From assembly GCA_963702425.1 (NCBI GenBank), contig CAVPCQ010000026.1:1-32138 (forward strand): a DNA stretch of 32,138 bases. Direction: 5' to 3'. The stretch comes from an uncultured Acidobacteriota bacterium. Its GTDB lineage: Bacteria > Acidobacteriota > Polarisedimenticolia > J045. This document shows, piece after piece, positions 1-7,432 of the stretch. Both the position numbers and the translations under genes were made by a program. How positions within the stretch are numbered: the first letter of the stretch is position 1; each line of letters begins with the position of its first letter. The notes below the pieces were generated by a model. That model was given only the letters and a program-made list of their open reading frames with translations. It did no database searches and was not told where the DNA came from.

Positions 1-190
1 TGACGCGGAGCGCGCCTCTCTTCCCGCGTCCCGGGAGTCCCCAACGCAACTTCCGCAAGCCGCCACTGCCTGCGATGACGGCCCCGCGACCAGGGTTCGC
101 CAGGAGTGCCGCCTGCATCGCGCGGTAGCCGTCGTCGTCCAGCAACTCGAGCAGTCGGCGGCTGAAGCCGACGGTCTCGATGAACCTCAA
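1..190 (-). CDS. RelE/ParE-superfamily (HigB-2-like) type II toxin, 3' end runs off the window
   Basis: Not in the ORF track. Manual translation from TTG at 190: (M)RFIETVGFSRRLLELLDDDGYRAMQAALLANPGRGAVIAGSGGLRKLRWGLPGRGKRGALRV. The FIET...NP.G..I.GSGGLRKLRW...GKRG pattern is typical of this family. Confidence 0.85.
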   Translation of the reverse strand, partial: MRFIETVGFSRRLLELLDDDGYRAMQAALLANPGRGAVIAGSGGLRKLRWGLPGRGKRGALRV

Positions 191-193
191 AGC

Positions 194-214
194 AGTATAT
201 ACGCCATTGGCGCA
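194..214 (-). promoter_or_regulatory. Putative -10 box (TATACT) plus palindromic operator of the toxin gene
   Basis: Minus strand reads tgCGCCAaTGGCGtaTATACTgctTTG. An inverted repeat abuts a -10-like hexamer 3 nt before the start codon, with no Shine-Dalgarno. Confidence 0.55.
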
Positions 215-376
215 CCCCGGTCCATGACGATGTCAGGGCGTGCCGCCTGGCTTGCCCCGCCATCGAGCGGTGCCGTCAGGATGCGTAGCGAACAGGCGCT
301 GCGATACCTGCTTCGTGAGGAACTGTCTCGTCCGCGGGAAACGTGCGATGGCGCTCGTGGCGGTAGACGGCGCCCG

Positions 377-575
377 TCACCCGGCCTGCACCTCGGCCAG
401 GGGAGTGACTTCGTCGTCCAGGCGCGGACCGAGCCGGTCGCGCTCGACCTCGAGGTCGCAGCGGGCCTGCAGGTTCAGCCAGAAGCGGTCGGAGGTGCCG
501 AAGACCGCGCAAAGCGAAGGGCCGTGTCCGCGGTAATGGCCTGCTCGCCGTGGGCGATCTCGTTGATGCGCCGGG
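377..575 (-). pseudogene. higA: 5'-truncated, frameshifted second copy of higA
   Basis: 199-nt direct repeat of 1211-1410 (3' two-thirds of higA) with scattered substitutions and a 1-nt deletion (gaagaccgcgc vs gaagaaccgcgc). Confidence 0.85.
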
Positions 576-577
576 CC

Positions 578-874
578 CTACGACCCCGCCAACGGCGACT
601 TCCAATCGGCCTGACTCGCCGGGAGCGGGCGAAGCGCGAACGAGAACAGGTGCTCCACCTCGAGATCCTCGTCCACGTCGGGCCAGTGGATCCCCTCGCC
701 GCCCCCGATCAACTCCCAGCGGATGCGCTGATCCGGCGTCGCGCGGTGCAGCCGCGGGAACCACCAGAGCGGCACGGAGAGCCGGCGGCCGTCCGACAGC
801 GTGATCTCGAGGGTGTCTTCGGTGCAGAGCACGTTGACGGCCACGGGGGCCAGGTCAGTGCGCGAAGTAGTCAT
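578..874 (-). CDS. DUF2442 family protein (putative antitoxin of a DUF4160/DUF2442 pair)
   Basis: LSDGRRLSVPLWWFPRL..AT..Q...WELIGGGEGIHWPDVDEDL signature; overlaps the upstream DUF4160 gene. Confidence 0.85.
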   Translation of the reverse strand: MTTSRTDLAPVAVNVLCTEDTLEITLSDGRRLSVPLWWFPRLHRATPDQRIRWELIGGGEGIHWPDVDEDLEVEHLFSFALRPLPASQADWKSPLAGS

Positions 875-1091
875 GCCAAGCCTCCAGCAGCAGGGCTCGC
901 CAATTATCGACCAGTTCGAGCAGTTCCGTCACCTGATCGGATCGGAGGCCGCGAGCCCAGGCGAGCTCGAAGGGGTCGAGCCACACCTTGGCGTGACCAT
1001 CGGCGCGAACGACGTGGACATGCGGAGGCTCGCCGCGATCGTGAGCGGTGAAGAACACCCGGTAACCGGAAGCTCGGAGCACGGTGGGCAC
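855..1091 (-). CDS. DUF4160 family protein (putative toxin), 78 aa
   Basis: GTG start at 1091 with GGAGG RBS. (M)PTVLRASGYRVFFTAHDRGEPPHVHV...AKVWL...LLEAWHDYF. This is the C-terminal part of ORF 855..2147. Confidence 0.85.
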   Translation of the reverse strand: MPTVLRASGYRVFFTAHDRGEPPHVHVVRADGHAKVWLDPFELAWARGLRSDQVTELLELVDNWRALLLEAWHDYFAH

Positions 1092-1210
1092 GCGCACCTC
1101 CGCCGAGCACGGTAGCGGGCGAGGGGGAGGTGGTGAGGGGACTCGACGCGACATCGTCCCGCGCGCGGGATTCGGCGAGCGGGGGGCGCATCCGGGCGGC
1201 TTAGGGCCCG

Positions 1211-1525
1211 TCACCTCGCCCGCACCTCGGCCAGGGGCGTGACTTCGTCGTCCAGGCGCGGACCGAGCCGGTCGCGCTCGACCTCGAGGTCGTAGCGCGT
1301 CTGCAGATTCAGCCAGAAGCGGTCGGACGTGCCGAAGAACCGCGCGAAGCGAAGGGCCGTGTCCGCGGAGATCGCGCGCTCGCCGTGGACGATCTCGTTG
1401 ATGCGCCGGGGCGGCACGCTGATGCTCCGGGCGAGGCGGTACTGCGAGAGCTTCAGCGGGACGAGGAAGCCCGCGGAGAGGACCTCGCCGGGATGGATAG
1501 GGGGGTGCTTCGCTCGGGGCGCCAT
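1211..1525 (-). CDS. higA: HigA/VapI family antitoxin (HTH-XRE)
   Basis: PIHPGEVL...SQYRLA..I.VPPRRINEIVHGERAISADTALRFARFFGTSDRFWLNLQ.RYDL is the canonical HigA pattern. Confidence 0.9.
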   Translation of the reverse strand: MAPRAKHPPIHPGEVLSAGFLVPLKLSQYRLARSISVPPRRINEIVHGERAISADTALRFARFFGTSDRFWLNLQTRYDLEVERDRLGPRLDDEVTPLAEVRAR

Positions 1526-1529
1526 GGAG

Positions 1530-1790
1530 GGCCCAGAGCCCCCCGAACCGCAGCGGGTACCGCTCCGGGTGCAGCAGTGAGTCGACCGTCAGGTCGACGT
1601 CCAGCTCCGGCCAGCGGAGCTCGTCGGGGAACGGGTGTTCGACGTTCTGCAGCTCCTCGCGCGAGCGGTCGCGGAACCACGGGAACTCGCGGAAGTCGAC
1701 GAAGATCCGGCGCTCGTCGAGGACGAGCCAGAAGCCGTCCTCGGTCAGCTCAGCGATCTTCGGAGCGGCGATGTGCTTCCCACGCGGCAC
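1530..1790 (-). CDS. Second DUF2442 family protein (different subfamily); no stop codon at the expected end
   Basis: GTG at 1790. GFWLVLDERRIFVDFREFPWFR....ELQNVEHPFPDELRWPELDVDLTVDSLLHPERYPL. The frame stays open to 855; the 3' coordinate is approximate. Confidence 0.75.
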
Positions 1791-2004
1791 GGGGGAGGTC
1801 CTTGTTCTGGCGCACGAGCCGGAGTGCCCTGGAGCGGCTCGGTGCGTCCATGCGGGAGTGTGAGACAACTTCGATGGCAGGATCAGGCCAGATCTTGACC
1901 CTGCCGGAGCCTTGCCGCACGTGGACGTGAGGGCGGGACTCATCGCGGATCGCCAAGCACAGCCAAGCACAGCCAAGGCCGCGAGCACGATCCCGCTCCG
2001 GCAA
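1750..2004 (-). pseudogene. Second DUF4160 family gene with a degenerate N-terminus
   Basis: RDESRPHVHVRQGSGRVKIWPDPAIEVVSH...AAWEAH matches the DUF4160 core. The N-terminal PTV..GYRFFF part is missing and the region contains a short cacagccaag duplication. Confidence 0.65.
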
Positions 2005-2011
2005 CGCTCTG

Positions 2012-2040
2012 AGTCGCCTTGGCGGGCTCGGAATGTGACA
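2012..2040 (-). promoter_or_regulatory. Possible ECF-sigma promoter upstream of the TA array
   Basis: Minus strand TGTCACA-N17-CGACT, ending 8 nt before the TTG at 2004. Resembles the ECF41-type TGTCACA-N16-CGTC consensus. Confidence 0.35.
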
Positions 2041-2140
2041 CTCACAGGCGATGGACCGCGCCCGAGCGGTGCCTCGGGAGTCGCGTCTGTGGGAAAAAGG
2101 TTGACAGAAATTGACTGCGTTCGCTGCCGACGCCTACCAG

Positions 2141-2231
2141 TGATCACGATGCCCGGAATCGGTGATCACGATCCCGGAATCCCTGATCACGATGCCCCGG
2201 AATAAGCGATCACGATGGTCCGGAACCGCCA
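2141..2231 (+). mobile_element. IS21-family terminal repeat array (orphan IS end)
   Basis: Four tandem 21-23 nt repeats (T)GATCACGAT-N(2-4)-CCGGAA starting at 2141, 2163, 2184 and 2207, ending in ...CA at 2231 where a gene fragment begins. Multiple subterminal repeats and a CA end are IS21 hallmarks. No istA/istB is present. Confidence 0.7.
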
Positions 2232-2557
2232 AACTGGCCGGGCAGCTGCCTTGGCCGGACCATGTGTGGATGGGGGTCAGCGTCGAAACGTCGGCCTACC
2301 TCGACCGGGTGGAGGACCTGCGTGCGACCCCGGCGCGCGTGAAGTTCCTTTCGCTCGAGCCGCTGCTGGGCCCGCTCGAGCCGCTGGAGCTGTCGGGGGT
2401 CGACTGGGTCATCGTCGGTGGCGAGTCCGGTCCGCGGGCGCGGCCGATGGACCCGGCCTGGGTGCACGCGATCCGGGATCGCTGCGCGCAGGAGGGCGTA
2501 CCGTTCTTCTTCAAGCAGTGGGGCGGGACGCAGAAGAAGCGCGCCGGGCGCCTGTGA
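2232..2557 (+). pseudogene. C-terminal fragment of a DUF5131 (phage Gp37/Gp68-like) gene
   Basis: [12 protein letters not shown]...[23 protein letters not shown]....[19 protein letters not shown]...WV..IRD.C...[11 protein letters not shown]. The N-terminal half is absent and the stop codon is supplied by the IS3 inverted repeat. Confidence 0.85.
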
Positions 2558-2668
2558 ACCGCCCCGGGAATCCCGGAGACCGGATTAGTTGAGTCCGGCC
2601 ACCATGGCGAGACTCGGTTGGTTGCGATGATAGCTCTCCTCGAACTCGGCCGGGGGGACATGTCCGAT
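2555..2668 (-). mobile_element. IS3-family (IS51/IS629/IS6110-like) right end with transposase C-terminal remnant
   Basis: TGAACCGCCCCGGGAATCCCGGAGAC at 2555-2580 matches the IS629/IS6110-type terminal IR. The minus strand encodes IGHVPPAEFEESYHRNQPSLAMV, typical of the OrfB C-terminus. Confidence 0.85.
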
Positions 2669-2866
2669 CTGCCTGCGCCGTCGCCGAGCGGCCGAGGAGC
2701 CCTGCGCTCGGCGTCCACGGTCGGGAGATCAGTTGGCCCGGCCTGCCGACCAGCATCCTCCAGTTGTACGATCTTCTGATCGACGAGTTCCTCGGCCTTG
2801 TCGGGTGACGCCCCTCGCGAGGCCGAGCCGGCCGAGTTCACCGGCGTCCCCCAGCGGAGCCACCCC

Positions 2867-3862
2867 ATGCCGGACACGTGGATCACCAACCTCTCGCACT
2901 TCCTCGCAGAAGACGGTTCGCTCGCCGCCGGCCCCCCCGGACGGCTCGGAGCCCACTTCGCGGGGATCGTCGAGGCCGCGACGTCGGGACGATTCGGGCC
3001 GCCCGCCGTGCTCGAGGCGCCGTGCCGCCGCCGGCCGGGCCGCCGTCCCTGCCCGGGACCGATCGTGGCATCCGCGGCGGGGGAGACCGTCGGAGGCGCA
3101 GGCGAGGGGATCCTCTGGGAGTGCCAGGCGTGCGGCGACCGCGGACTGATCTCCGGGTGGGAGGGAACGGCCTGGGATCGCCGCGAGGGCCGCGCACCGC
3201 GCCCGCCGAGGCCGCGGGCCGCCCCCGCCGCCGGCGACGACGCGATCCTGCAGTTCCGGATCGCGCTGAAGGAGGTGCGCCCCACCGTCTGGCGGCGCAT
3301 CCAGGTCCCGGCCTCGTGCACCTTCTGGGACCTGCACGTCGCGATCCAGGACGCGATGGGCTGGCTCGACCATCACATGCACGAGTTCCAGGTCGCGGGA
3401 CGCGGCCGAGGATCGCAGCGGAGGATCGGACTGCCCGAGGGTCTCCCGAGCCCCCCCGGCGGGACCGAGCCGGGGTGGGAGGTCGCCGTGTCGAGCGTCG
3501 TTTCGCCGCGGCGGCCGGAGGTCGTCTACTGGTACGACTTCGGCGACGACTGGTTCCACTCCGTCCGGCTGGAGCAGACCCTGCCGCGCGAGTCCGGGAC
3601 GCGGTACCCGCGGTGCATCGACGGCGCGCGGGCCTGCCCGCCCGAGGACTGCGGAGGGCCATTCGGCTACCGGGAGATGCTGGCGACCCTTCGCGACCAG
3701 CGTCACCCCGAGCGCGAGGAGATGCTGGAGTGGCTGGGCGGGTCGTTCGATCCCGCCGCGTTCGACCCCGGCAAGGTCCGCTTCCACGACCCGCGGGCCC
3801 GGCTGGCGGAGGTGCTGCGCCGCTATGCCTCCCGCGGTGGCGGGCGTCGGCGTCGCTCCTGA
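2867..3862 (+). CDS. pRiA4b ORF-3 / IS1096 TnpR-like protein with N-terminal Cys4 (Zn-binding) domain
   Basis: ATG at 2867 with GGAG RBS. C-terminal VWRRIQVP...TFWDLHVAIQDAMGW...HMHEF...YWYDFGDDW.H...YPRCIDGARACPPEDCGG. N-terminal CRRRPGRRPC...WECQACGD. Confidence 0.85.
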   Translation: MPDTWITNLSHFLAEDGSLAAGPPGRLGAHFAGIVEAATSGRFGPPAVLEAPCRRRPGRRPCPGPIVASAAGETVGGAGEGILWECQACGDRGLISGWEGTAWDRREGRAPRPPRPRAAPAAGDDAILQFRIALKEVRPTVWRRIQVPASCTFWDLHVAIQDAMGWLDHHMHEFQVAGRGRGSQRRIGLPEGLPSPPGGTEPGWEVAVSSVVSPRRPEVVYWYDFGDDWFHSVRLEQTLPRESGTRYPRCIDGARACPPEDCGGPFGYREMLATLRDQRHPEREEMLEWLGGSFDPAAFDPGKVRFHDPRARLAEVLRRYASRGGGRRRRS

Positions 3863-3873
3863 GCGAGGCGCGA

Positions 3874-5280
3874 TCAGCCGGCCGGCGCGCCCGGCGTTCT
3901 TCGCGCCTCCTCGACCCGCGCCCAGAACGCCGACTTGCGCCCGTGCTTCCCCCGCACCCCCGCGGCGAACTCCGCGTGCAGGCCAAGCGGGTCGCCAGGT
4001 GCGACCTCCCGGTCGAGTTCCTCGAGCCGGACCAGGTAGCGCGCCGCGTGGTGGTAGGCCTTGCTCCGCGCGCGCTCCAGGACGTCGAGCAGCAGGGCTC
4101 GGTAGCAGACGACCTCGATCCGCGGCCGGCCGGCGGCGTGGGCCAGCTCCACCAGCTCGAGCAGCTGGCTGTAGCCCGATTCCTTCAGCTCGCCCGCGCG
4201 TTCGACGGCCCGGCGCTCGGCGTCGTCCGGCCAGCCCCCGCGCAGCAGGAACTCGACGGCGGCCGCGGTGTGGTCGTACTCCAGCGCCCACTCGCGGGCG
4301 CGACGTTGCGCCGCGTCCCGGGCCGCCGGCTCGTGCAGCGCGAGCAGCATCTCGAAGGCGGTCCAGCTGAGGCTCGCCTCGAACAGGCGCCAGAGCGCGT
4401 CGATCTGCGGGCCGCGCTGGCCGAGAGCGGCGTGGCACCTCGCAACGAGGTGCCAGTCGACGCCGGATGACTCCGGGATCTGCCGCAGCCGCGCCAGCGC
4501 GCCGTCGGCGTCGCCGCACTCGAGGAAGAACTCCGCGACCTGCCGGAGCTGGATGGAATTCAGCATTCCGCCGTACCCGGCGACTGCCCGCTCGTTCAGC
4601 GCCGGGTCGCGGAGGGCGCGTGCCAGCAACATGATCTCGGCCCGGCCCGAGGAGTGGATCCACGTCCCGCCCTCCTGCCGGGTGGCGTCGGCCCGCGCCG
4701 CCACCTCCTCGAACTGCTGGACCAGCCGCCTCAGTTGCGCTTCCGGCAGGAGCGTCGCGGCTCCGGAGAGCAGCACCTCGCGGACGCCGTAGTCGTCTTT
4801 CTCCGCGCGCTCGAACAGCAGCGCCACCCAGTCGCGCGGCTCGGGGATCCGCGACGCGGCCTCGAGCCACAACCGGCAGGCGTCACGGTAGGCGTCGGCG
4901 ACGATCCCGCTCGAATCGTCGATGCGCTCGTACACGCTCGCGTCGGTCTGGATGAACGCGTCGGCCAGGGCGAACGCCGCCGCGGCATCGTGCGGCAGCA
5001 CCCGCTCGTGGATCGTGGAGACGAGTTCCCGCAGCCCGCGAGCGAGTTCGAAGCTGCCCCCGTAGGGGACGAACCGCGGGTTTCCCCGCGCGAGGGTGGC
5101 AATGCGCTTCCGCAGCGCCGACGCCAGCGTCACGGGGTCCTCCTCCTCGATCAGCAGCTCGAGCGCGTCGTCGAGCGACTCGTCGCGCCCGGCCCAGTGC
5201 AGGAGCGCGTCGGCCAGCCGCTCCGCGCCCAGGCGGACCAGCCGGGGGCGTCGCGGGTCGTGTGGCGGGGACGGACTCAT
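3874..5280 (-). CDS. DUF6880-like all-helical protein, 468 aa
   Basis: ATG at 5280 overlaps the ATPase stop (ATGA). Motifs LGAERLADALL, ERIDDSSG, DDYGVR, YRALLLDVLERARSKAYHHAARYL, HGRKSAFW. Confidence 0.7.
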   Translation of the reverse strand: MSPSPPHDPRRPRLVRLGAERLADALLHWAGRDESLDDALELLIEEEDPVTLASALRKRIATLARGNPRFVPYGGSFELARGLRELVSTIHERVLPHDAAAAFALADAFIQTDASVYERIDDSSGIVADAYRDACRLWLEAASRIPEPRDWVALLFERAEKDDYGVREVLLSGAATLLPEAQLRRLVQQFEEVAARADATRQEGGTWIHSSGRAEIMLLARALRDPALNERAVAGYGGMLNSIQLRQVAEFFLECGDADGALARLRQIPESSGVDWHLVARCHAALGQRGPQIDALWRLFEASLSWTAFEMLLALHEPAARDAAQRRAREWALEYDHTAAAVEFLLRGGWPDDAERRAVERAGELKESGYSQLLELVELAHAAGRPRIEVVCYRALLLDVLERARSKAYHHAARYLVRLEELDREVAPGDPLGLHAEFAAGVRGKHGRKSAFWARVEEARRTPGAPAG

Positions 5281-6488
5281 CGCGCCCACTCCCGTACCGG
5301 CCGCGCGAGGAACTCCTCGAGCGGGATGCCGTCGGCGCCGACGAGCACGATGCGCGCCCCACGATGCAGGTCGGCGAACGCCGCCGCACCGGGCAGCATG
5401 TCGCGCCGCCGGCCGGTCTTGACCTCGATCCCGACGAGGCTCCGGCCGGCCTTGAACACGAAGTCCACCTCGCGGTTGCGCTCCCGCCAGTAGGTCAGCT
5501 CGCCGTCCCCCGCGGCGGCGGCCGCGGCCAGGTGCGTGCCGACCGCGGACTCGACCAGGCGCCCGCGGAACTCGGTGTCGGCCCGGGCCTCGTCGGGGGT
5601 CAGGCCGCTCTGCGCCGTCATCAGCGCGGTGTTGAGGACCTGCAGCTTGGGGATCGAGCCGCGCTGGCGCACCGCGCGTCCGGCGTACTTCTGCAGGCCC
5701 GTCAGCATGCCCGCTCCGGCGAGCAGCTCGAGGTAGTGCGCCAGCGTCGTCGCGTTCCCGGCGTCCTGGAGTTGGCCCAGCATCTTGGTGTACGACAGGA
5801 CCTGCCCCGAGTAGCGGCAGCCCAGCTCGAAGAGCTGGCGCAGCAGCGCCGGCTTGTCCACCCGGGTGAGCAGCAGGACGTCGCGCGCGATCGTCGTCTC
5901 GATCAGCGCGTCCTTGATGGTGCGAGCCCAGCGCGCGGGTTCGTCGACCAGCGACGCCGCGCCGGGGTAGCCGCCGAAGTAGAGGTACTGCTCCAGCGAG
6001 AAGCCGAATGCCGCCCGCATCTCGGCGAACGACCAGTGCGGCAGCGCGAGGACCTCGAACCGTCCGGCCAGGCTCTCGCCGAGCCCCCTCCGCACGAGCA
6101 GCGGCGCCGAGCCGAGCAGTACGACCCGCAACGCAAGCCGCCGCGCGGTGTCCTCGTCCCACAGCCGCTTCACGGTCTCGGACCACTGCGGGATCTTGTG
6201 GATCTCGTCCAGGGCGAGGACCGCGCCCTCCCTCCCGGCTTCGCGCGCGATCGCACGCGCGGCCTCCCACTGCTGGGCGATCCACCCGCGGTCGCGGAGC
6301 GCCGGCTCGTCCGCGGAGGCATAGCGCGCGCGTTCCTCCCAGCCGGCGAGGACCTGCTGGACGAGGGTCGTCTTGCCCACCTGGCGCGGCCCCGCCACGA
6401 TCTGGACGAAGCGCCGCCGCTCCGCGAGGCGCCGGGCCAGCGTCGCGGCCTGGGGGCGGGAGAACGGAGCTGCTTCCCTTTTACTCAT
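5277..6488 (-). CDS. AAA_14 ATPase with DUF4143 and C-terminal PD-(D/E)xK-like motif
   Basis: Walker A GPRQVGKTT, Walker B LALDEIHK, LLGSA, ESLAGRF, GGYP, GRLVES, YWR....EVDFV and IEVKTG. Confidence 0.9.
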   Translation of the reverse strand: MSKREAAPFSRPQAATLARRLAERRRFVQIVAGPRQVGKTTLVQQVLAGWEERARYASADEPALRDRGWIAQQWEAARAIAREAGREGAVLALDEIHKIPQWSETVKRLWDEDTARRLALRVVLLGSAPLLVRRGLGESLAGRFEVLALPHWSFAEMRAAFGFSLEQYLYFGGYPGAASLVDEPARWARTIKDALIETTIARDVLLLTRVDKPALLRQLFELGCRYSGQVLSYTKMLGQLQDAGNATTLAHYLELLAGAGMLTGLQKYAGRAVRQRGSIPKLQVLNTALMTAQSGLTPDEARADTEFRGRLVESAVGTHLAAAAAAGDGELTYWRERNREVDFVFKAGRSLVGIEVKTGRRRDMLPGAAAFADLHRGARIVLVGADGIPLEEFLARPVREWAR

Positions 6489-6522
6489 GATGTTGAGTAA
6501 TTGTACTCAATGCGAAGAGCAA
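6481..6522 (-). promoter_or_regulatory. Tandem palindromic operators overlapping the ATPase start codon and a -10 box
   Basis: TTACTCA-N6-TGAGTAA (6481-6500), a degenerate copy gTACTCA-N6-aGAGcAA (6503-6522), and TTGAGTA-N4-TACTCAA (6493-6510). TACAAT lies on the minus strand 11 nt before the ATG. Confidence 0.7.
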
Positions 6523-6718
6523 AGCGCCGGCCAGTTCACCTCGCCCATGGCGCGGCCGCCGTCGCCCCCGGCGCCCACGCCACCGCCATCGGGGTCACCC
6601 GCGAGTCGACATCCTGGGGCACCCATGGCCGGCCCGCGAATTCGGCATTGAACGAACGGACGCGACCCGGATTACCGGTAACGGGGCCGTCAGAGAGGGA
6701 ACTGGGGCCTGCCAGGGC

Positions 6719-7120
6719 TCAACCGCGCCTGGGAGGGCGGCGGGCCAGGGCGCGCGGCTTCCGTCGCGGCGCCTCGCGATCCACGTGCGGGGCCGCCTCC
6801 CGCTCGAGCAGCTCGGCCACCCAGAGGTTGAGGCTCTTGCCCGAGCGCGTCGCAGCGGCCGCGATCGCGCGGTGGACCTCCGGCTCCACCCGGACGATGA
6901 AGCGGCCGGAGTAGGGGCGCTCCGGCGATTCGCCCCGGGCCGCGCAGTACTCGAGGTAGTCCTCGACGGAGGCCGAAAACTCCCGCCTCAGCTCGGCGAT
7001 GGAGCGCCCCTCGAAGGTGAGCACGTCGCGGACGTTCAGCACGCGGCCGTGGAACGAGTCGCTTTCGGCGTCGTACTCGACCTGGGCCAGGTAGTCCTTG
7101 TAGCGCAGCGTGTCGTTCAC
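6719..7120 (-). CDS. hicB: HicB family antitoxin (RNase H-like fold + RHH)
   Basis: YKDY.A.VEYD.E...FHGRV.NVRDVLTFEG.SI.EL...F..SVEDYL..C...G..PERPYSGRF.VRV.PEVH...GKSLN.W; GTGA overlap with hicA. Confidence 0.92.
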   Translation of the reverse strand: MNDTLRYKDYLAQVEYDAESDSFHGRVLNVRDVLTFEGRSIAELRREFSASVEDYLEYCAARGESPERPYSGRFIVRVEPEVHRAIAAAATRSGKSLNLWVAELLEREAAPHVDREAPRRKPRALARRPPRRG

Positions 7121-7383
7121 GGCTCGATCCCCGCGTGACTGAGGAAGTCGCGTACATCACGAACGGCTGCCCGTCCAAGTTCCTTCCGCGGGTGCGGTCG
7201 GTGGAGCACCATGCGCACGCCGTTCAGGGTGAAACGCTCCCGGCTCCCCCGGCCCTGCGTGTGCTCGGCGCCGAGCGCACGCAGCAGCGCCACGACGTCA
7301 TCCCAGGCGATCCCGGCACGCGTCGGCTCTACGAACAGGGCCTCGAGCGTTCCGCGGTGGCGGCTGCTCAGGTCGCTGCTCAT
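7117..7383 (-). CDS. hicA: HicA family toxin
   Basis: HR.TLEALF..PT...IAW.DV.ALL.ALGA....GRGSR..F.LNG...VLHRPHP.KEL...AVR.VR.FL...GI.P. Confidence 0.92.
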   Translation of the reverse strand: MSSDLSSRHRGTLEALFVEPTRAGIAWDDVVALLRALGAEHTQGRGSRERFTLNGVRMVLHRPHPRKELGRAAVRDVRDFLSHAGIEP

Positions 7384-7408
7384 GGGGCCGGAAGGGCTTC
7401 GTCGGGAA

Positions 7409-7432
7409 TGATACTACTATAAGATACCAAAA
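7409..7432 (-). promoter_or_regulatory. AT-rich hicAB promoter/operator
   Basis: AT-rich patch in very GC-rich DNA about 25-50 nt upstream of hicA, with two GATACYA direct repeats (7410-7416, 7423-7429). Confidence 0.5.

Noticed and set aside
377-1410. DGR template/variable repeat pair (the two higA copies)
   Set aside because: The differences are not confined to adenines and no reverse transcriptase is present.
855-2147. 430-aa ORF as a single protein
   Set aside because: It strings together non-coding sequence, DUF2442, an off-frame reading of higA and DUF4160, which has its own RBS and start.
2141-2231. Possible CRISPR array
   Set aside because: The period is only 21-23 nt with no unique spacers and no cas genes. 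It fits IS21 subterminal repeats better.
5281-6285. N-terminal extension of ORF 3874..6285
   Set aside because: It is an off-frame overlap with the ATPase. The coupled ATG at 5280 is the plausible start.
6672-6681. Palindrome TTACCGGTAA downstream of hicB
   Set aside because: It is a single 10-bp palindrome with no U-tract or second copy, so it could be chance.
1-7432. Integron cassette array explaining the TA cluster
   Set aside because: No RYYYAAC...GTTRRRY attC-like sites between genes and no integrase were found by eye.
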